From Pseudomonadales bacterium (GTDB taxonomy: Bacteria; Pseudomonadota; Gammaproteobacteria; Pseudomonadales; IMCC2047), in the NCBI GenBank assembly GCA_965230515.1, contig OZ246007.1:1991337-2055336 (forward strand): a stretch of DNA of 64,000 bases, in the 5' to 3' direction. Made by a program: the position numbers and the translations under genes. The stretch's first letter is position 1; every line of letters starts with the position of its first letter. Positions 27,173 to 37,206 of this stretch are shown here, piece by piece. A model generated the notes under the pieces. It was not told where the DNA came from and searched no databases. It saw only the letters and a list, made by a program, of their open reading frames with translations.

Positions 27173-28174
27173 ATGCGATACCAATACAATAACCCGGGAT
27201 GTCTGGAAGACTACAAGGATACCTTTACCTCTCATGATCTGGACGAGGCAAGACATCAGATCAGCACTATCTTTAAGCCACATGAGCTGAATCTGCTCGG
27301 CAAACGCCAGGCGCTAGACGCAAAACTGGGCTGGACCGATTTTGGCAACACGACCTTTATCTATCTGCATCACGGCGCGGACGTGAATATTTACCCGGAA
27401 AAGCTTGAACAGTTTTTCCTGCTACAGGTACCGATCAATGGACACGGTCAAGTCCGTGTAGATAGTTCAGTGATCGATATTTCCAAGGACATGGCCTACA
27501 TCATGTCTCCCACCTTCGATGTGGAGATGAAGTTTTTTAAGAACTGTGAACATATCTGCCTTAAGGTGGGGCGGGAGAGGCTGGAAGGTTTTCTGGAACA
27601 ACAACTCCAACGCTCGCTGAATGCGCCGCTGGAGTTTACGCCGCAATTGGCGCTAGCGGAGAGCAGCAACCGGGAACTGGTCAATCTGATCACCCATATT
27701 GCCAATCAACTTAATCTCAACAGCTCCAGTTTTCACCACCCCATGGTACGTCAACAGGCAGAATCCCTGCTATTAAGTACCATGCTGATAGGCCTGGAAC
27801 ATAACTATCACGCCGAGCTGACTAATGAGGCCCAGGCGCCAAAACCTTACTATATCAAAAAGGCCCAGGCCTACATCGAGGCAAATATTCAAAACCCTAT
27901 CACACCGGAAGATGTAGCCCGTGAGGCCTGTATCAGCCTGCGTTCCATCTATTCCGGTTTTCAAAGCTATCTGAACACCACCCCCATGGCTTATATCAAA
28001 CATGCAAAATTGTGCCGAGTTCATGAGGAGTTGAAGCGTCTTGAACCCTATCAGGCGTCAGTCTCAGAAATTGCAATGAACTACGGTTTTTCCCATTTTG
28101 GAAATTTTGCAGCCAGCTATCGAAAGGCTTTTGGCGAACTACCCAGCGCCACACTGCGCAAGGTTCCCCTGTAG
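27173..28174 (+). CDS. AraC family transcriptional regulator
   Basis: C-terminal double HTH (ITPEDVAREACISLRSIYSGFQ ... VSEIAMNYGFSHFGNFAASYRKAFGELPS). The ATG at 27173 has a GGAG 8 nt upstream. Confidence 0.85.
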   Translation: MRYQYNNPGCLEDYKDTFTSHDLDEARHQISTIFKPHELNLLGKRQALDAKLGWTDFGNTTFIYLHHGADVNIYPEKLEQFFLLQVPINGHGQVRVDSSVIDISKDMAYIMSPTFDVEMKFFKNCEHICLKVGRERLEGFLEQQLQRSLNAPLEFTPQLALAESSNRELVNLITHIANQLNLNSSSFHHPMVRQQAESLLLSTMLIGLEHNYHAELTNEAQAPKPYYIKKAQAYIEANIQNPITPEDVAREACISLRSIYSGFQSYLNTTPMAYIKHAKLCRVHEELKRLEPYQASVSEIAMNYGFSHFGNFAASYRKAFGELPSATLRKVPL

Positions 28175-28559
28175 AACGCTTTTTTGCATACTATGGATGC
28201 CCATTGCGAGTTTTGGATAGCTCATCCCCCGATATCTTCATAGACTTTTCCCACCACAATAAATCGCGCTCGTCTGTTTGGATATAGAGCCTTCTATAAT
28301 TTTTGATTTTTCGTGAACGCAAGGAAGCGCCGCGTACAGAGCGGTCGCACACATGCAATTCACGAACATTGAAGAAAAAGTAGCTGATGCGGACTATCAC
28401 AAAGAACCACCTTATTAGAGAAGTCTTTGATCTGGGACAAAGCTCCTACGAGCCCCCTCATAGACCTACCCGCGCAAACCCGAAGAATAAGGCCGTTGCC
28501 TGTCCTGTGCGAGCACCGACAGAACCGGACGAGGGCCTCAAGATAACTACTAGGAGGGA

Positions 28560-30776
28560 ATGATGTTGTACTTTAAGCATCCAAAGAAACTGATAGCCGC
28601 GCTCTCAGCGCTGGCTATTACCAGCCCCGTCACCTGCGCTGACGGATCGAGTAGCGGTTTTCTCGAAGAGATTACCGTCACAGCCAGAAAACGGGCAGAA
28701 AATTTACAGCAAACTCCCATCTCCATTTCCGCTTTTACCGCCAACGGGCTTGAGCAACGACAAGTCGATAATATCGCTCAGGTTGCCGGGTTTACGCCTA
28801 ACCTAATTTTTGATACCGGATCGGCTATCTCTGGCACAAAATCATCCGCATCCATTTTTATTCGTGGTATCGGGCAAACGGACTTCACCCTGAACACCGA
28901 TGCAGGGGTAGGCCTCTATCTCGACGGTGTTTATCTGTCACGGTCGATCGGCGCAGTGCTGGATATCGTCGACGTGGAACGCGTCGAAATTTTACGCGGG
29001 CCACAAGGTACGTTATTCGGGCGTAATACGATTGGCGGAGCAATCAGTTTAACTTCGAAAAAGCCAGAGGAAGCGTTTAATGGCCATGCCAGCGTGACCT
29101 TTGGCCGCTACGATCGTCTTGATTTCAAAGCGGGGGTGAACATCCCTCTAGGCAATACGCTCTATTCGGCATTTTCAATTGCACGATTTGATCGTGAAGG
29201 ACATATTGACCGGCCCCTGCTGGGTGATGAAACGGGAGAGGATGACTCATGGGCAGCACGAGCCGCCTTTCGATGGCTAGCGTCAGACACTCTGGAGTTT
29301 AATCTGAATATCGAAGCAACCCGTGAGCGAGAAACCTCCTGTTGCGGCGAATTGGTCGCTACCTATCCTGCAGTACTTGCCGGGATCAACAATTTCGGGA
29401 GAACTCCCGACGACCCTTTGTTTTTTGATGACCGCCAGTTACCCTCTGGTGATTATGAGGACAACTCCACTTTCGATGTGCCCTCCGACCTGGACCTTTG
29501 GGGCATAGGCCTTACTGCAGAATGGGCCGTCTCAGATAGTTTAAATTTCAAATCGATTACTGCATTTCGAGACCTCGATAGCGTCAACGGCCGTGATGAA
29601 GACCACTCCCCAGTGCTGATCGGTCATACCTTTGATATTTTTGATCACGAACAGTTTAGCCAGGAGTTACAGCTACAGGGCGTGGCAATGGAAGACCGCT
29701 TAAAGTGGATAACCGGACTCTACTATTTTGCCGAAGAGGGCCTTAATGTTGATGATGTTAACTTTGGCGCGCTGGTCCATCTGACCAGTGGTGGAGAAGT
29801 GGATAATGAGAGCTTAGCCGCTTTTGCGCAGGCCAGCTATGACCTGACAGACCGGCTGAGCCTGACCGCTGGCTTGCGTTGGACCAAAGATACTAAGCGA
29901 TTCAAACCGGACTGCTGCCAGTATGTGATCAGCTCTGCACTTACCCCCTTTGGGCCCGGCACCCCGTTACTACCAAATGGCGAGCAGGAGGAAGATATCA
30001 AGGAGGTGTTGCCCATGATCAATATCTCCTATCAATGGAGCGAAGCATTGATGACTTACTTCTCCTATTCGGAAGGATTTAAAAGCGGGGGATTTACCCA
30101 GCGGGTATTTCCGCCCCGCTCGGATGTCCCATCATTCGACCCGGAGTTTGTCGAGGTTTACGAACTCGGCTTTAAATGGACCGGATTCGACGGCCGGGTA
30201 CGTTTGAACGGCGCTGCATTCTTTACCGACTACACCGATCTACAGGTTGCTGTATTCGACGGTATCGCGCCGGTCACGCAAAATGCGGCTGCGGCTGAAA
30301 TCGACGGGTTTGAACTCGAGCTGTTGGCTGTTCCCACGGAAAACCTTACCATTGAGTTTGGCATAGGCTACCTGGATGCTGAATACACCGAAATCGATCC
30401 AGCGGCGACCGAAATCAGCCTCTCTAAAGCCTTGGTCAACACGCCCGAGCTGTCGGTCAATTTCAGCCTCTCCTATCTATTTGAGTTGAAGGATATTGGC
30501 ACGATTGCTCCACGCATTGACTGGTTCTATAAAGATGATTACCACAACGATGCACTCAACACGGCGGCGCTGCATCAGGGAAGTTACGATTTGGTCAATG
30601 CCAGCATTACCTTTGAGGATCTGGCGGGTAACTGGCAGCTGACCCTGAGCGGCAAAAACCTGAGCAACGAGCGCTATATTCAGGCGGGCTTTGCCAGCGA
30701 GGATTTCCAAAGCATCGCTGAAGCCAACTTCGGACGCCCCAGAGAGTGGGCTTTAACCGTGAAAAGACAGTTCTAG
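28560..30776 (+). CDS. TonB-dependent receptor
   Basis: 738 aa with a signal peptide, TonB-box/plug start (LEEITVTARKRAENLQQTPISISAF), plug motif RVEILRGPQGTLFGRNTIGG, and a C-terminal beta-barrel ending in F. Confidence 0.9.
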   Translation: MMLYFKHPKKLIAALSALAITSPVTCADGSSSGFLEEITVTARKRAENLQQTPISISAFTANGLEQRQVDNIAQVAGFTPNLIFDTGSAISGTKSSASIFIRGIGQTDFTLNTDAGVGLYLDGVYLSRSIGAVLDIVDVERVEILRGPQGTLFGRNTIGGAISLTSKKPEEAFNGHASVTFGRYDRLDFKAGVNIPLGNTLYSAFSIARFDREGHIDRPLLGDETGEDDSWAARAAFRWLASDTLEFNLNIEATRERETSCCGELVATYPAVLAGINNFGRTPDDPLFFDDRQLPSGDYEDNSTFDVPSDLDLWGIGLTAEWAVSDSLNFKSITAFRDLDSVNGRDEDHSPVLIGHTFDIFDHEQFSQELQLQGVAMEDRLKWITGLYYFAEEGLNVDDVNFGALVHLTSGGEVDNESLAAFAQASYDLTDRLSLTAGLRWTKDTKRFKPDCCQYVISSALTPFGPGTPLLPNGEQEEDIKEVLPMINISYQWSEALMTYFSYSEGFKSGGFTQRVFPPRSDVPSFDPEFVEVYELGFKWTGFDGRVRLNGAAFFTDYTDLQVAVFDGIAPVTQNAAAAEIDGFELELLAVPTENLTIEFGIGYLDAEYTEIDPAATEISLSKALVNTPELSVNFSLSYLFELKDIGTIAPRIDWFYKDDYHNDALNTAALHQGSYDLVNASITFEDLAGNWQLTLSGKNLSNERYIQAGFASEDFQSIAEANFGRPREWALTVKRQF

Positions 30777-30796
30777 GGTAAATCCATCCACCCCTG

Positions 30797-30820
30797 GGCG
30801 CGAATAGGGAGATTCGCGCC
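30797..30820. terminator. Bidirectional hairpin between convergent genes
   Basis: GGCGCGAAT-AGGGAG-ATTCGCGCC, a perfect 9-bp GC-rich stem. Lies between the TBDR stop (30776) and the SDR stop (30874). The T-tract is weak. Confidence 0.5.
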
Positions 30821-30873
30821 ACTCTTTGCCGCTAAAATCTTTACCGGCTCACCTTAACCCACCCGGTCTTTGC

Positions 30874-31668
30874 TCAGCCATTCAGCTCCATGCCTCCATC
30901 TACCACCAGTTGAGTCCCGGTGACGTGTTTGGATTCATCGCAAGCCAGATACAGTACGGCATAGGCAATATCCTCCGGCTCCCCATATTCACCATAAGGG
31001 ATACGTGACAGGAACTGCTGCTCTGCCTGCTCAGCGCTGACACCCGTCAACCTGACCGTTTCGTTAATCAGATTCTCATGCATGGCTGTTTTTATCTGCC
31101 CGGGATGCACGCTGTTACAACGAATTCGGGAGCCGGTGGTCGCGCAATGCGAGGCAACCGATTTGGTGTACTGCCGGACCGCTGCCTTGCTGGCACCATA
31201 CGCCGCGATGAATGGCGTCGCCACCAAAGCAGCAATGGAGGATAGATTGATAATCGAACCACCACCCGCTTCACGCATCAACGGAATGCCGTGTTTACAC
31301 CCCAAAAAGACGCTTTGACTGTTTATTACCTGCAGTTTTTGCCAATCCTCCAGCGATGTTGTCTCAGGATCAGCGTTTTCGACCGGCCCGCTGATTCCGG
31401 CATTGTTCACCAGAATATCGAGCCGTCCGTAATCACTTTTTATCGCCGACATCAGATTCTGCCATTGCTCCTCAGAGGAGACGTCCTGTGGCATAAAAAC
31501 GGCACCTATCGTTTCTGCCACAGCTCTCCCCTGCTGTTCCTGTATATCGGTGATGATCGTCTTCGCACCCTCTCTGACCAGCAAGGCGGCAATGGCTCGT
31601 CCAAGCCCATTGGCACCGCCGGTGACCAGCGCTACCTTCCCTTCGACTCGACCTTCATGTGTAGTCAC
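30874..31668 (-). CDS. SDR oxidoreductase
   Basis: 264 aa with TGGANGLGRAIA, NNAG and YGASKAAV (YxxxK). Confidence 0.85.
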   Translation of the reverse strand: MTTHEGRVEGKVALVTGGANGLGRAIAALLVREGAKTIITDIQEQQGRAVAETIGAVFMPQDVSSEEQWQNLMSAIKSDYGRLDILVNNAGISGPVENADPETTSLEDWQKLQVINSQSVFLGCKHGIPLMREAGGGSIINLSSIAALVATPFIAAYGASKAAVRQYTKSVASHCATTGSRIRCNSVHPGQIKTAMHENLINETVRLTGVSAEQAEQQFLSRIPYGEYGEPEDIAYAVLYLACDESKHVTGTQLVVDGGMELNG

Positions 31669-31692
31669 TCAATTAGCTCCCTTTATTCGTGA

Positions 31693-33438
31693 TCAGGCAA
31701 CAGCCTGTATTTTGGCTTGCGGTATTTCGGGAAACTGAAAACCGTCCAGAATGATATTGGGCCACAGGAAGTCCATCGGGTGCGGGGTGTAATCTACCCC
31801 GATATTAATCACCGCAGGTTTGCCCGACTCCATGGCACGCTGTAACGCATCGGGTAGCGCATCCAGTTCAACCACATCTTCAGCATGACAACCAAAGCCC
31901 CGGGCAATGGTGGCAAAATCCACTTTCGACAACCTGGTGCCAAACTCAGGATTATCGAGAATCTCCCCAAAGGGTTTGTACATCCCCCAGTAGCTGTCAT
32001 TAAAGACAATGGTGATCACGTTCAATCCGTAGCGGGCCGCGGTTTCCAGCTCCTGAACGGTCATCCCCATGGCACCATCGCCGGTGATACAAAATACTGG
32101 TCGATCAGGATGAGCCAGTTTTGCCGCATTGGCATAAGGCAACCCGAACCCCAGATGTCCCATACCCGGCACAAACAGCGAGCGTTCGGGACTGTCGACC
32201 TGGATATGGGACAAAGTCCACATCATCGCCTGACCTCCATCATGAGCGACAATTGCATCCTTGGGCAACCATTCGCTGATCGCACTAGCCACCGCCGATT
32301 CATTCAGCAGGCCGGAACCGCCGACCACTTTGGCCTCCTTTGCCGTTTCCCGATACAGTTCACGTCCCTGATCTCTTTTCTCCAGCACCGCCTGTTTCCA
32401 CTGTTGATCCTGACTAAAGGTTGGTTCCCTACCCAGCAGCTCAACGAGCGACTCCAGCGTTGCTTTAGCATCCCCCACCAGGCCAATTTCGACCGGCGCT
32501 GCCTTGCCAATCGATTCGGCATGAATATCAATCTGAATGATTTTTTGATCTTTAGGCTTGGGATAATGCGGTGGCTTGTGAATCGGTGTAAAGGTGGAGA
32601 ACTTGCAGCCAACCGCCAACACCAGGTCCGCTTCCTGGGCCACATCAATCGCAACCTGCCCCGATACCAGTCCGGCAGATCCTATATGGTTGGCCGCGTC
32701 CGGGTGAACCACGCCCCGTCCATTGGCCGTTGCCATGGTCAACATATCGGTCAGTTCCGCCAGCTGCCGGAATGCAGCCACCCCACCGGAACGGGCGATA
32801 CCGCCACCTGCTACCAACAGCGGTTTCTGCGCGGCTTTGAGTGCAGCCACCACACTCGCCAACTCTTCAGATCCGGGTACCGGCCGCTGCAGCCGAAAAG
32901 GTGGAATGGTATCCAGATCATAGCTGCAAAGCTGAGTCCCCACATCACAGGGAATATCCAGATGCACCGGTCCCGGACGTCCACTGCGAGCGATATGCAC
33001 TGCCCTTTCAATCAGTTCAGGGGCTCGCTCGGCATGGTGGATGGAAGCGTTCCATTTGGTGATGGACTTAAAGAGTCCCAACTGATCCGCCGATTGCAGC
33101 TGGTCAATACTGGGATCAATAGTGCGCGCCTGATTTTGGCCGGTAATCACCAGCATCGGTATATTGTCCGCGAAAGCCGCCGCGACGCCGGGAACAATAT
33201 TGGTGGCGCCCGGCCCGACCGTTGCAAAACAGACACCCATGGTATCGGTCACACGGGAGATGGACGCCGCCATATGTCCGGCCGCCTCCTCGTGACGCGT
33301 GGTGACATAGGTCAGTTCCGGATCGCGCGATGCACCATCCATTATCAGGCCGATCTGTGCCGCAGGGAGGCCGCAAATATATTTAACGCCATGTTTTTTA
33401 AGTATTGCAAGCACCATGTCGCTGACTGTACATTCCAT
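31693..33438 (-). CDS. Thiamine-diphosphate enzyme of the acetolactate-synthase-like family (substrate unknown)
   Basis: 581 aa with an N-terminal Pyr domain (HGVKYICGLPAAQIG ... TRHEEAAGHMA) and a C-terminal ThDP motif (ITGDGAMGMTVQELETAARYGLNVITIVFND). Confidence 0.85.
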   Translation of the reverse strand: MECTVSDMVLAILKKHGVKYICGLPAAQIGLIMDGASRDPELTYVTTRHEEAAGHMAASISRVTDTMGVCFATVGPGATNIVPGVAAAFADNIPMLVITGQNQARTIDPSIDQLQSADQLGLFKSITKWNASIHHAERAPELIERAVHIARSGRPGPVHLDIPCDVGTQLCSYDLDTIPPFRLQRPVPGSEELASVVAALKAAQKPLLVAGGGIARSGGVAAFRQLAELTDMLTMATANGRGVVHPDAANHIGSAGLVSGQVAIDVAQEADLVLAVGCKFSTFTPIHKPPHYPKPKDQKIIQIDIHAESIGKAAPVEIGLVGDAKATLESLVELLGREPTFSQDQQWKQAVLEKRDQGRELYRETAKEAKVVGGSGLLNESAVASAISEWLPKDAIVAHDGGQAMMWTLSHIQVDSPERSLFVPGMGHLGFGLPYANAAKLAHPDRPVFCITGDGAMGMTVQELETAARYGLNVITIVFNDSYWGMYKPFGEILDNPEFGTRLSKVDFATIARGFGCHAEDVVELDALPDALQRAMESGKPAVINIGVDYTPHPMDFLWPNIILDGFQFPEIPQAKIQAVA

Positions 33439-33508
33439 CTCTATACCTCTTTATCAATGATTAACCACCACACTGCGCATCACGCAGGTATGGATTATTT
33501 GTGTCTGT

Positions 33509-34039
33509 TTATTGAGGCCCGATAATGCGGATCGGGTCTGATCCATCCCATTCCCAGTGGGCATTTTCCATGTTAAGAAATAGTTCTCTCACCTCGGGAG
33601 TCACCTCGATCAGTTCTACCATGCCCCCCAATGCGGCCAACGTATCCAGATAGGCAAAACGGGCGCCCACCGAGACTTTACCGCTGAAGGCCAGTTCATG
33701 ATCCTGCCGCTGATATCGCGACACATCATCGTCAAAATCTTCCGAGAACAACCCCCAATGATGAAATCCGGGGCCGCTTCTGTTTAACAACTCCCGGTAG
33801 ACCGAAGGTGAATCACAGTTCTGCTGAATCAGCTCAATACACACGTCGCCGGAAAATCCCAGCGCGATATCGATATCCAGCTCTGAAGATTGGCCGCGAT
33901 AACGCAGATTTTCCGTAGCCAGGCTTTTCAGGACGAAAAAGGGCCCGACCTTGATTTTTTGCAGCCAATTCTGCAGCGCTGTATCCATATCTTCGACCAC
34001 GTAGGCCATCTGCATCACCGTTCTTTCCGGTTGAGTCAT
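33509..34039 (-). CDS. VOC (glyoxalase / extradiol-dioxygenase fold) family protein
   Basis: 176 aa with a two-module beta-alpha-beta-beta-beta pattern (MQMAYVVEDMDTAL ... GFHHWGLFSEDFDDD). Confidence 0.65.
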   Translation of the reverse strand: MTQPERTVMQMAYVVEDMDTALQNWLQKIKVGPFFVLKSLATENLRYRGQSSELDIDIALGFSGDVCIELIQQNCDSPSVYRELLNRSGPGFHHWGLFSEDFDDDVSRYQRQDHELAFSGKVSVGARFAYLDTLAALGGMVELIEVTPEVRELFLNMENAHWEWDGSDPIRIIGPQ

Positions 34040-34059
34040 GCTGTTATCCTCTTCAATAA

Positions 34060-34851
34060 TTATTCACTTGCTGAGTGACAGGCGGGCATTCCTGCGGTAG
34101 TGCCACCATCGACCAGAAAGGTGGTTCCGGTGATCATGGCCGCCTCGTCACTGGCCAAAAACAAAATTGAGTTAGCAATATCCCGTGCGGTCGCCAGCCG
34201 TTTTAACGGCACGTTCTGCAACATGGCAGCAACCATCTGTTCTCGACTGCCGATCATCTCTGCCACCGGGTCCAGCATTTCGGTATCCACATAGGTGGGA
34301 TGAATGGCGTTACAGCGGATTCCGTAACCCAGCTCCGCGCAATCCAGCGCAATCGCTTTGGTCATGACGGTCACCCCCCCTTTGGTGGCGCAGTACGCCG
34401 CCAGATCAGAGGTGCCGAGCAGACCGCCCACAGACGACATATTGATTATCGAGCCACCGCCATCGGACTGCTTGATCGCCCTGATACCGTGTTTACACCC
34501 CAGCATCGTCCCGGTCAGGTTGACGGCGATGATCTGATTCCAGGCTTCCAGCTCGATATCTTCAGCATGGCAACTGAAGCCAATCCCCGCACAGTTAACC
34601 AGAATATCCAGTCGACCAAACAGATTGAGTGCACTTTGCATCGCCGCCTGCCAGTTCAGTTCTCTGCTGACATCCAAAGATTGAAACCGGGCAGCCTCTC
34701 CAATCTGCTCCACGGTCTCTGCACCTCCCGGTTCATTGATATCCGCAACCAGCACCCGCGCACCCTCTTCAGCCAGCCGAACACTGGCCGCACGACCGAT
34801 ACCCGATGCTGCGCCACTTACCAGTGCGACTTTACCCTCAAGCCTGTTCAT
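34060..34851 (-). CDS. SDR oxidoreductase
   Basis: SGAASGIGRAAS, NCAG and YCATKGGV. The ATG at 34851 (MNRLEGKVALVSG) has an AGGA 7 nt upstream and is preferred over 34902. Confidence 0.85.
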   Translation of the reverse strand: MNRLEGKVALVSGAASGIGRAASVRLAEEGARVLVADINEPGGAETVEQIGEAARFQSLDVSRELNWQAAMQSALNLFGRLDILVNCAGIGFSCHAEDIELEAWNQIIAVNLTGTMLGCKHGIRAIKQSDGGGSIINMSSVGGLLGTSDLAAYCATKGGVTVMTKAIALDCAELGYGIRCNAIHPTYVDTEMLDPVAEMIGSREQMVAAMLQNVPLKRLATARDIANSILFLASDEAAMITGTTFLVDGGTTAGMPACHSASE

Positions 34852-34968
34852 AGGCATTTCCTTCTTTAAAGATTGGAGAGATCTAGTGGCTCCCTGCGCC
34901 ATCCGGTTGCCCCAAGGGATTTATCAAGAACCGGTATTGGCGGCAGGGACCACTAGCAGGCTAAACGA

Positions 34969-37206
34969 TTAGAAGTTGTAACGTGCTTCCACACCCACCC
35001 AGCGCGGTACGCCGAGGTTTTGCTCCGTAAAACCATTGGACGCAATATCAAAGGCGTAGGCCATATACTCTTTGTCAAACATGTTCTTGGCAAACAGCGC
35101 TATCTGGTATTTTTCACTGGCTCCGGTATAGGTCACTCGGCCGTTGAATACTGTATAACTGGGAATATCGGTATTCGGCGCGTTGGTCAATTGGGAGTAG
35201 TAACCACTGTTGTAGTAACCTGTGATCTGTACGGATATCAAGCCTTCACCCAGATTGAAATCCTGCACAATCGATCCGCTCAGGGTAAACGAAGGCGACT
35301 GAGGAGCTTCTCGATCAACGGAGATTGGATTGAGCGGATCAGTACCAATCAGCACATCCTCTACATCCGTGTCCAGAAACGCCGCACTCAACATCAACGT
35401 AGTATTGTCCCAAGGTCGCACCAGCAGTTCGGTATCCAGGCCGCTGATGGTGGCATCCGTATTAAACAGCGTGAAGTTGATGCCACGCTGGTCAAACGCC
35501 TGATAATCCTTGTAGTCGTAGTAGTAGGTACTGACATTCCAGCGCGCGCGCCCATCCCAGAAATCCAGCTTGCTACCTATCTCATAGGCGTAGATATCTT
35601 CACCATCAAAACGGACCCCGGCAAAGGGGGCGTGTCCGGCAAACCCGGCATTATAATTAAATGCCTTGTATCCCTTATTGATACTGGCGTAGATCAGCCA
35701 GTCATCACTTATTTTATAGTCCAGTTGAAGCCTTGCGAAAATACCATCCTCATCATAACTGTCGCTGACTCCGCCGCTGGCCAACGACGCCTCAACCAGA
35801 CTTCCCGGAGGGACACCCAAAGGCGCAATGCCCGGAATCGACATACCCCCTGCAATAAATCGGGGTACCGCAAGATACTGATAATCTTTCTCGTCATAGG
35901 TCCAGCGCAATCCCGCCGTCAGCACTAACTGCTCGGAAAGGTCCCTTTCAATCTGCCCAAAAATCGAGTAAGAGGTGGTTTCAACGGACCATAAGGCTTC
36001 CTGTCCTAATTCCAGAACGCTGGGGTCCAGAGCCGGAGGTGGCACCACCCGCAAATCCTGGCTGTAGTCACCATCAATATTCAGATAATAGATACCCGCT
36101 GTCCAGCGCGTTGCCCCTTCCACCTGCTCAATGCGCAGTTCCTGGCTGAACGTATCGCTGTCGCCAGTTTGCCCAAACTCTGTGAACGGGAAGGGGCTCA
36201 GATCATTATCTTCCAGATAACTGACTTCGACACTGCTGAAATTGCTCAGTGAAACCAGGTTAAATGATGTCAAATCCAGGGCCACTCTGAGCGTAATGTT
36301 ATGAAACTCCCGGTCAAGGAATCCGGGTTGATCATAGGCACCGCTGTATTTATCACCGTCGGCATCGACGTAGCCGGTTAACAGGTTGCTGGTCGAGCCC
36401 ACATTGAAACCGAGACCGGTTACCGGATCCACGGCCGCTGCCTGGGAATACGCAGCCCCGACATTATCAATGTCCATGTCGTAAAAATCTGCGGAAAACA
36501 ACACATCCAGATTTTCGCTGGGGGTGAACTGCAGATGCAATCGGCCCGCCTTCACATCATCCTCGATCTGATCGGGACCAATTTCATTATCGATAAAGCC
36601 ATCGGCCTTGTTGCGATAAAAGGCCAGTCTGGCTTTAAACTGCTCACTCAGTGAGCCGCTAACCGCACCCTGAAAGCCCCAGGAATCGTAACTGCCGGCG
36701 GACAGTTTCAGATAGCCTTCCAGCTCTTCGGTGGGTTTGTTGGTAATCAAGTGGACCAGCCCACCGGTCGCATTTCGCCCGAACAGGGTCCCCTGTGGGC
36801 CACGTAACACTTCAGCCCGCTCCATATCAAACAATTTTACCGAATTGGTTGATATGGAAGACTGGTAGACCTCATCCACGTAGAGCGCGTTGGGTGATTC
36901 GATATGGCCGGCAAAATCGTTCTGCGCCACGCCCCGAATAGAAACCAGCCCTACCAATGGGCTGCCGCCACCGTTTTGAAACATCAACCCGGGCGTAACC
37001 AGCGTCAGTAAATCCGTATCCGTTATATTAAGTTGTTCTAATGACTCCCCGGAAATCGCAGTCACCGATATGCCGGTATCCTGGGAACTCACTTCTCGCC
37101 GCGTTGCCGTTACCAGAACCTCTTCCAGCGGCGCGGCCATGGTTTCGGTAACACCGACGGAGAGTATCACGCCTGCGATAATCCATAGTTTACCCCTCAT
37201 GCTCAT
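34969..37206 (-). CDS. TonB-dependent receptor
   Basis: 745 aa with a signal peptide, LEEVLVTATRRE TonB-box region, plug motif EVLRGPQGTLFGRNATGGLV, and a terminal ...ARYNF. Confidence 0.9.
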   Translation of the reverse strand: MSMRGKLWIIAGVILSVGVTETMAAPLEEVLVTATRREVSSQDTGISVTAISGESLEQLNITDTDLLTLVTPGLMFQNGGGSPLVGLVSIRGVAQNDFAGHIESPNALYVDEVYQSSISTNSVKLFDMERAEVLRGPQGTLFGRNATGGLVHLITNKPTEELEGYLKLSAGSYDSWGFQGAVSGSLSEQFKARLAFYRNKADGFIDNEIGPDQIEDDVKAGRLHLQFTPSENLDVLFSADFYDMDIDNVGAAYSQAAAVDPVTGLGFNVGSTSNLLTGYVDADGDKYSGAYDQPGFLDREFHNITLRVALDLTSFNLVSLSNFSSVEVSYLEDNDLSPFPFTEFGQTGDSDTFSQELRIEQVEGATRWTAGIYYLNIDGDYSQDLRVVPPPALDPSVLELGQEALWSVETTSYSIFGQIERDLSEQLVLTAGLRWTYDEKDYQYLAVPRFIAGGMSIPGIAPLGVPPGSLVEASLASGGVSDSYDEDGIFARLQLDYKISDDWLIYASINKGYKAFNYNAGFAGHAPFAGVRFDGEDIYAYEIGSKLDFWDGRARWNVSTYYYDYKDYQAFDQRGINFTLFNTDATISGLDTELLVRPWDNTTLMLSAAFLDTDVEDVLIGTDPLNPISVDREAPQSPSFTLSGSIVQDFNLGEGLISVQITGYYNSGYYSQLTNAPNTDIPSYTVFNGRVTYTGASEKYQIALFAKNMFDKEYMAYAFDIASNGFTEQNLGVPRWVGVEARYNF

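Noticed and set aside
28175-28559. Cobalamin or other known riboswitch ahead of the TonB-dependent receptor
   Set aside because: I could not find a B12-box-like GCCACTG core, TPP-type CTGAGA, or other familiar riboswitch cores by eye. Only generic inverted repeats are present.
31885-33525. 546-aa plus-strand ORF spanning almost the whole ThDP-enzyme gene in antisense
   Set aside because: The minus-strand frame carries unmistakable ThDP-enzyme motifs. The plus-strand product is R/H/G/Q-rich and low-complexity, with no motif or RBS. Long stop-free antisense frames are a codon-bias artefact.
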